Assembly: GCA_033763575.1 (NCBI GenBank)
Contig: JANRKF010000006.1
Location: 16,166 to 80,165 of the forward strand
Length of the DNA: 64,000 bases
Origin: Alphaproteobacteria bacterium
GTDB lineage: Bacteria; Pseudomonadota; Alphaproteobacteria; Rickettsiales; SXRF01
Reading direction: 5' to 3'
This document shows positions 58,863-64,000 of this stretch, in pieces. How positions within the stretch are numbered: the first letter of the stretch is position 1; the number at the start of each line of letters is the position of its first letter. Both the position numbers and the translations under genes were made by a program. Below the pieces are notes generated by a model. The model was not told where the DNA came from. It made no database searches and saw nothing but the letters and a program-made list of their open reading frames with translations.

Positions 58863-59540
58863 ATGATTGAAAAAACGATGCCGATGGAACAGCAAATACT
58901 ATTGATTACGCCCCAATCTGAGACATTGGCGCCGCTGGTCGCTGTAATGCGCACCATTTTACAGCAGATACCGACACTGGTAAAGCCCTATGAATCGTTG
59001 TCTGTCATTGAGAAAGGCTCCTACGACCTGATTATTTTCGATATGCAGGGCACGTACGAAGATGTGCCGCTGATCCGCAACCTGAAACAGAGTTTTCCAT
59101 TGATTCCGGTGGTGGCAATGGTGCCGTACGGCGATGTGCGCATGGTGGAGAAGGCGCTGGAGCAGGGCGCCGACGATTATATTTCACAACCCATCTCGCT
59201 GGAGCGCCTGAAAACCACGCTGCGTAACGCGCTGCGTGTGCGCAAGCTGTTGCAGGCGGCTTCGGCGGGGCCAATCTCAATGCAAGCCTTGAATGGCGTG
59301 GGGGTGCCGGGTATGGCTTTGCTGACCGACCCGAAAGGCGAACTTAAAACCCTCCGGGCAATCGAGGATATGGTGATCCAGCACGCGATTTCCGCGTGCG
59401 ACGGTTGCATCACGCAGGCGGCGCAGGCGCTGGGCATTGGCCGCTCCACCCTCTATCGCAAGATGCAGGAGCGGATGCAATCCGCAGGCAATTCGCAATC
59501 CACGCCGGGTGCGTTGCAGGCATCGGGAAAAGGCGGCTAG
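58863..59540 (+). CDS. atypical receiver-like domain fused to a Fis-type HTH
   Basis: The C-terminus (ITQAAQALGIGRSTLYRKMQE) is an HTH_8. The N-terminal CheY-like fold keeps an Asp in LIIFDMQG but lacks the N-terminal acidic pair. Gln replaces the conserved Lys (YISQP). There is no AAA+ domain. Confidence 0.65.
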   Translation: MIEKTMPMEQQILLITPQSETLAPLVAVMRTILQQIPTLVKPYESLSVIEKGSYDLIIFDMQGTYEDVPLIRNLKQSFPLIPVVAMVPYGDVRMVEKALEQGADDYISQPISLERLKTTLRNALRVRKLLQAASAGPISMQALNGVGVPGMALLTDPKGELKTLRAIEDMVIQHAISACDGCITQAAQALGIGRSTLYRKMQERMQSAGNSQSTPGALQASGKGG

Positions 59541-59544
59541 GGCT

Positions 59545-59568
59545 CCATTCCCGCGAAAGCGGGGATAG
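59545..59568. repeat. solo half-arm of the nested palindromic element acting as a hairpin between convergent genes
   Basis: CCATTCCCGCGAAAGCGGGGATAG follows the GTCAT-hairpin-ATCC arm pattern (stem CCCGC/GCGGG). Confidence 0.5.
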
Positions 59569-59574
59569 AGTTCA

Positions 59575-60264
59575 TTATATCTCCCGCGAGAACCATACCA
59601 CGCGGCCAACGATATTGTGCTCCGCCAGCGGCGCTTCATAGGTGGAGTAGTGCGGGTTATCATAAATAACCCGCAGCTTCGGCCAGTCGGCCTGCGCCAG
59701 CAGCTCCAGCCGCTTGGCCGCCAGCCCCACCCCGTCGAACAAAATAAAAATACCGGGCGGCGAGGGGTGTTTCTTGCTGGTATCGACCAATACAATATCG
59801 CCGTTGCACAAGGTCGGCGCCATGCCGTCACCGCTTATCGTCAGGATGCGTAAATCGGCAGGCGAAACGCACAGTTTCCTGCGTATCCAGTCTTTGCGGA
59901 AGTGGCAGTTTTCCATCGGGTCTTCGTTCGCCACCAGCGCGCCGCCCTCGGTGAATAACCGCGACACCGGAACATAATCCTGCGTCTGCGACGGCAGCGA
60001 AAATTCATAGCCCGCGACCGGCGAATCGCTGGTGCCGGCGAGATAGGTTAGGCTCACGCCGAGCGATTCCGCTACCCGCGCCAGCTTGATGGAAGAAGGG
60101 TTGGCCGATTTGCCGCTGATGACGTCATAAAGGAACGAGGTTTTGACATCGGCGCGCTTGGCAAGCTCCACGGAGGAGATGCCGCGCTTCTTCATTTCCA
60201 GCCGCAGCCGCTGGCCCAGCCCCTGATGATTGTCATTAAGCCCGAAGGCTTGCTTTGTGTACAT
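59575..60264 (-). CDS. CI/LexA-like repressor: XRE-type HTH plus S24 peptidase domain
   Basis: N-terminus: ELAKRADVKTSFLYDVISGKSANPSSIKLARVAESLGVSLTYL. C-terminus: ISGDGMAPTL..GDIVLVD...GLAAKRLE (Ser/Lys dyad context). Confidence 0.8.
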   Translation of the reverse strand: MYTKQAFGLNDNHQGLGQRLRLEMKKRGISSVELAKRADVKTSFLYDVISGKSANPSSIKLARVAESLGVSLTYLAGTSDSPVAGYEFSLPSQTQDYVPVSRLFTEGGALVANEDPMENCHFRKDWIRRKLCVSPADLRILTISGDGMAPTLCNGDIVLVDTSKKHPSPPGIFILFDGVGLAAKRLELLAQADWPKLRVIYDNPHYSTYEAPLAEHNIVGRVVWFSREI

Positions 60265-60423
60265 CCCGCGATTCTAAAACAGTTGCCGGGTGAAGTCAAA
60301 AGGTCTGGGCAGTTACATCGCACTACAACCTCTTGTTGTGAAGCAACGCCATACCTTCCCTCTTTACTAAATTTTAGGGTTTATACGCCAATAGTGGATG
60401 AGGCCTTTTTTATTGGATGAGTT

Positions 60424-61077
60424 ATGAATCACGAACTACGTATGGCAGAGCTTCTCTGCACACGCCTTTGTCACGATCTGACCGGCCCTATCGGCGCGGT
60501 GAATAACGGTGCGGAATTCTTAAGCGAAGAAGGTTTCAACATGCAGAATCAGGCGATCGACCTGATCGTCAGCAGCGCTTTTTCCGCCGTCTCGCGTTTG
60601 CAGTTTTATCGCCTCGCTTACGGCAATGTCAAAGAAAGCGGCGAAGCGAATTTATCCGACAAGCAAAAACTCGCCGCCGATTTTTTCGCGGGCAGCAAAA
60701 TCACCCTCGACTGGCCCGATACCGAAACCGAAGCCTCTGGCGTATCGGTGAGCCTGAAAATGTCGCGGCTGATTTTCAACCTCCTTATCATGGCCTCGGC
60801 GGTGCTGATTCGCGGCGGCGTCATCACCGTGCGCGTGCAGCAGGATAATGAAGGCAAGCGCCATCTCTCGGTCTCGGCGAAAAATACGCATATTAAATGG
60901 GAGCAGGAAATCACCGATATCCTGGAAGGAAGGTTGTCGACGGATGACCTGAGCCCGAAAAACGTGCAGGCGCAGCTCACCCGGTATTTTGTCGACGATC
61001 TGGGCGCGACGCTGCTGCACAAAGTATCCGAGGATGAAGTGGTGTTCGAGGTGGTGCAGCCCGCGCCGCCCGTATAA
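60424..61077 (+). CDS. chpT: histidine phosphotransferase ChpT
   Basis: 217 aa. LLCTRLCHDLTGPIGAVNNGAEFL, LQFYRLAYG and TLDW match my recollection of Caulobacter ChpT. Confidence 0.75.
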   Translation: MNHELRMAELLCTRLCHDLTGPIGAVNNGAEFLSEEGFNMQNQAIDLIVSSAFSAVSRLQFYRLAYGNVKESGEANLSDKQKLAADFFAGSKITLDWPDTETEASGVSVSLKMSRLIFNLLIMASAVLIRGGVITVRVQQDNEGKRHLSVSAKNTHIKWEQEITDILEGRLSTDDLSPKNVQAQLTRYFVDDLGATLLHKVSEDEVVFEVVQPAPPV

Positions 61078-61108
61078 CATTTGAATGTGTGAAACTAGGT
61101 AGGTTTTT

Positions 61109-63883
61109 ATGGATGATTTAATCAGCGAGTTTATCACCGAAACCACGGAAAGCATCTCCATGCTTGATTCCGAAATGGTGAAACTTGAGCAGAACCCGGA
61201 AGATGCCGCCATCCTTGGCAATATTTTCCGCATCATGCATACGATCAAGGGCACCTGCGGCTTCCTTGGCCTGCCGCGCCTCGAATCGGTGGCGCACGCC
61301 TCGGAAAACGTGCTGGGAAAAATTCGCGATAAGCAGCTGGATGCATCCGCCGAAGCGGTGACGCTGGTACTCGAATCGCTCGACAGCATCAAGGAGCTGA
61401 TCGAACATTTAAGCGGCCACGGAAGTGAGCCGGAGGGCGACGATTCCGACCTGATCGGCCGCCTCAATTATTTTGCCGATACCGGCACCATCGGCGGCGG
61501 CGCGGAACATGCGGCCCATGGCGCGCACGCGCATGCGGCACCGGCGGAAATAGTGCCTTCGGCAGCGGCGGCAACGCCTGCTCAAGGCGCGGTATATTCG
61601 CATTTCAAAGATGACGGCATGGACCCGGAAATGTCGGCGGCGATTGCGAAACTCGAAGCGGAAATGGCGGCAAAAGCAGCGGCGGAGGCCGCCGTTGCGG
61701 CGCCTGCGGAAAAACCGGCAGCACCGGCCCTGGTAAAATCCGAACCGGCGAAAGCGGCCCCCAAACCGGCGGCAAAAAAAGAAGAGGCCAAGGCCGAGGG
61801 TGGCGAGGGCGGGGCGGGAGCGAACCAATCCATCCGCGTCAGCATCGACGTGCTGGAAAACCTGATGCAGATGGTGAGCGAGCTGGTGCTTACCCGCAAC
61901 CAATTGATGCAGATCGTGCGCACCAAGGAAGACAACGATTTCCTGACGCCGCTGCAGCATCTCTCGCATATCACCTCCGAATTGCAGGAAGGCGTGATGA
62001 AAACGCGCATGCAGCCGATCGGCAACGCCTGGTCGAAATTCCCGCGCCTGATCCGCGATTTGTCGTTGGAGCTGGGCAAAAAAATCGACCTGAAAATGGA
62101 AGGCGCCGAAACCGAACTCGACCGCCAGCTGCTCGAAGTCATCAAGGATCCGCTGACCCACATGGTGCGCAATAGCTGCGACCACGGGCTGGAAACCCCC
62201 GCTGACCGCTTGGCCGCCGGCAAGGGCGAAATGGGCACGGTGACACTTTCGGCCTATCACGAAGGCGGCCATATTATTATCGACATCATCGATGACGGGC
62301 GTGGCATCAATATCGAGCGCGTGAAGAAAAAAGCGCTTGAGAGCGGCATCGTCACCGAAGCGCAACTCGAAACCATGAGCGAAAAACAAATCGCGCAGTT
62401 TATTTTCGCCGCCGGTTTTTCCACGGCGGAAAAAGTGACGGCGGTGTCGGGCCGCGGCGTCGGCATGGACGTGGTGAAAACCAACATCCAGAAAATCGGC
62501 GGCACGCTCGATCTCGATTCCACCTTCGGCAAAGGCTCGAAAGTGAGCATCAAAATCCCGCTCACGCTCGCCATCGTATCGGTGCTGATCGTCGAGGCGG
62601 GCGGCCAGAAATTCGCCCTGCCGCAGATCAATGTGAGCGAGCTGGTGCGGGTTTCGCCGAATTCCGAGCTGGCGATGGAAGTAATTAACAATGCGCTGGT
62701 GCTGCGCTTGCGCGGCAAGCTGCTGCCGCTGGCGGTGCTTTCCGAAATCCTCGGCCAGAAAGTGGACCGCGCCGAATTGATGGGCAAGGAAATGTATATC
62801 GCCGTCTGCCGCGTCGGCAGCTACGATTTCGGCGTGCTGGTCGACCGTGTGTATGACACGGAGGAAATCGTGGTGAAGCCGGTATCCGAAATCCTCAAAA
62901 GCATTTCGGTCTATTCCGGAAATACGATTCTCGGCGACGGCAATGTCATCATGATTCTCGACCCGAACGGCATTGCCCGTTCGCTCGGCACCATGGATTC
63001 GGTGCGCAGGGACACCGCAGACAGCGTGCGTGAAATTGCAGGCGTGCGAGACGGCGAAGTCGGATTCCTGTCCTTTACCGCCGGTGGCGGCGCGCCAAAA
63101 GCGGTGCCGCTGGAGCTGGTTTCCCGCCTTGAGGAAATCGACGTGACCACCATCGAAATCGCCGATGCGAACCCGGTGGTGCAATATCGCGGCGACCTGA
63201 TGCGTCTGGTCACGCTGAATAAAGACCAGAAAATTCCCGACAAGGGCTGCATCGATGTGATCGTGTTCAGCTATGACAAGCGCGTGGTCGGGCTGGTGGT
63301 TGACGAAATACTGGACATTGTGCACGCGCCGTTCGATATCAAGCTCGCCTCAAAAGAATCAAAAAGCCATGGCCTGCTTGGCAGCATGGTGATTACCGGC
63401 AAAGCCACCGACGTGGTGGATGTCGGCTCGATCTTGAGCGAAATCGTCGATGCGGCGGTAAGCGACCAGAGCAAAATCAGCAAGGAGCAGGCGAAAAACT
63501 GCGAGCTGCTGCTGGTCGAAGACAGCCCGTTCTTCCGTAACCTGACCATGCCGTTCCTGTCGGCGGTGGGGTATCACGTCACCTCGGCGGAGAGCGCGGA
63601 GCAGGCGCTTTCCATGCTGATCGACCAGGGCAAGCATTTCGACATGATCGTCACCGACATCGAAATGCCCGGCATGAACGGCTTTGAATTCGCTACCGCC
63701 TGCCGCAATGCCAAGCAGTTGAACGGCATTCCGATCGTGGCCTATACCGCTTCGATGAGCGACGAGGTGATGAAACGCAGCAAAAAATCGGGCATGAACG
63801 ATTGCATCGTCAAAACCGACAGGCCGGGGCTTCTGCAATCGGTCGCCCGCCATTTGAGTGAACATAGGGAGGTCGCAGCATGA
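61109..63883 (+). CDS. cheA: chemotaxis histidine kinase CheA with a C-terminal receiver domain
   Basis: 924 aa with Hpt (MHTIKGTCGFLGL), an Ala-rich linker, a dimerisation domain, HATPase (DDGRGI, GRGVGMDVV), a CheW-like domain and REC (LLLVEDSPFFR..DIEMPGMNG). Confidence 0.93.
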   Translation: MDDLISEFITETTESISMLDSEMVKLEQNPEDAAILGNIFRIMHTIKGTCGFLGLPRLESVAHASENVLGKIRDKQLDASAEAVTLVLESLDSIKELIEHLSGHGSEPEGDDSDLIGRLNYFADTGTIGGGAEHAAHGAHAHAAPAEIVPSAAAATPAQGAVYSHFKDDGMDPEMSAAIAKLEAEMAAKAAAEAAVAAPAEKPAAPALVKSEPAKAAPKPAAKKEEAKAEGGEGGAGANQSIRVSIDVLENLMQMVSELVLTRNQLMQIVRTKEDNDFLTPLQHLSHITSELQEGVMKTRMQPIGNAWSKFPRLIRDLSLELGKKIDLKMEGAETELDRQLLEVIKDPLTHMVRNSCDHGLETPADRLAAGKGEMGTVTLSAYHEGGHIIIDIIDDGRGINIERVKKKALESGIVTEAQLETMSEKQIAQFIFAAGFSTAEKVTAVSGRGVGMDVVKTNIQKIGGTLDLDSTFGKGSKVSIKIPLTLAIVSVLIVEAGGQKFALPQINVSELVRVSPNSELAMEVINNALVLRLRGKLLPLAVLSEILGQKVDRAELMGKEMYIAVCRVGSYDFGVLVDRVYDTEEIVVKPVSEILKSISVYSGNTILGDGNVIMILDPNGIARSLGTMDSVRRDTADSVREIAGVRDGEVGFLSFTAGGGAPKAVPLELVSRLEEIDVTTIEIADANPVVQYRGDLMRLVTLNKDQKIPDKGCIDVIVFSYDKRVVGLVVDEILDIVHAPFDIKLASKESKSHGLLGSMVITGKATDVVDVGSILSEIVDAAVSDQSKISKEQAKNCELLLVEDSPFFRNLTMPFLSAVGYHVTSAESAEQALSMLIDQGKHFDMIVTDIEMPGMNGFEFATACRNAKQLNGIPIVAYTASMSDEVMKRSKKSGMNDCIVKTDRPGLLQSVARHLSEHREVAA

Positions 63884-64000
63884 GCGCGCAGAGAAACACC
63901 GCATTAGCGGACCAGCGGGCGCTGGACGCAGAGTTGTGCATGTTCGTTACCATGCGTATCGACCGGCAATTATTCGGGGTGCCGGTGCGCCATGTGCGCG
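63880..64000 (+). CDS. cheW: chemotaxis coupling protein CheW (3' end outside window)
   Basis: The ATG overlaps the cheA stop (ATGA). The N-terminus (..CMFVTMRIDRQLFGVPVRHVR) is typical of CheW. Confidence 0.75.
   Translation, partial: MSAQRNTALADQRALDAELCMFVTMRIDRQLFGVPVRHVR

Noticed and set aside
59575-60264. LexA (SOS repressor), or a prophage repressor marking a prophage.
   Set aside because: - The N-terminus is an XRE-type HTH rather than the LexA winged helix, so I call it CI-like and not lexA.
- The flanking genes (regulator, chpT, cheA) are not phage genes, and no integrase or att-like repeats were seen.

Overview
The window is a core chromosomal segment from an alphaproteobacterium. 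The assignment rests on ChpT, a CobS/CobT plus J-domain cluster, the rpsT-dnaA linkage and a GroEL GGM tail. GC content is high.

Confidently recognised genes, in order:
- pyrB (partial), a GT-C-like membrane protein, pyrC
- ybgC-tolQ-tolR-tolA-tolB
- groES-groEL
- a family-4/5 uracil-DNA glycosylase
- ubiE-ubiB, mutM, rpsT, a rhodanese
- dnaA-dnaN-recF-(unknown ORF)-gyrB
- a thioredoxin-like ferredoxin, yggT
- a TonB-dependent receptor, two membrane fatty-acid desaturases, an OlsB/LuxI-like N-acyltransferase
- a YfiR-like protein plus a histidine kinase, a MarR regulator, rpmB
- cobT, a zinc-ribbon ORF, cobS, a J-domain protein
- rimP-(vapBC)-nusA-infB-rbfA-truB-rpsO-pnp
- an H1-like Lys/Ala protein
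- a BTLCP (LapG-type) protease plus a Cache-PAS protein with a degenerate HD-GYP domain
- astC-astA, pdxH, queD, corA
- an atypical receiver-HTH protein, a CI-like S24 repressor, chpT, cheA, cheW (partial)

I found no rRNA, tRNA or CRISPR array.

Main observations:
1. A LapG-like protease is paired with a membrane sensor whose HD-GYP domain has lost its metal ligands. This may be a new LapD-type switch.
2. An AT-richer lipid-modification islet (two desaturases plus an N-acyltransferase) splits a TonB receptor from a YfiR-like/kinase pair.
3. Several families of nested palindromic repeats fill operon boundaries. They are inserted in frame in truB and ubiE and supply the C-terminus and stop codon of the udg gene.
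4. A sensor kinase homologue has Gln in place of the phospho-His and no G-boxes.
5. A vapBC module and a terminator interrupt rimP-nusA.

All calls come from reading the translations and the sequence by eye. No database searches were run.
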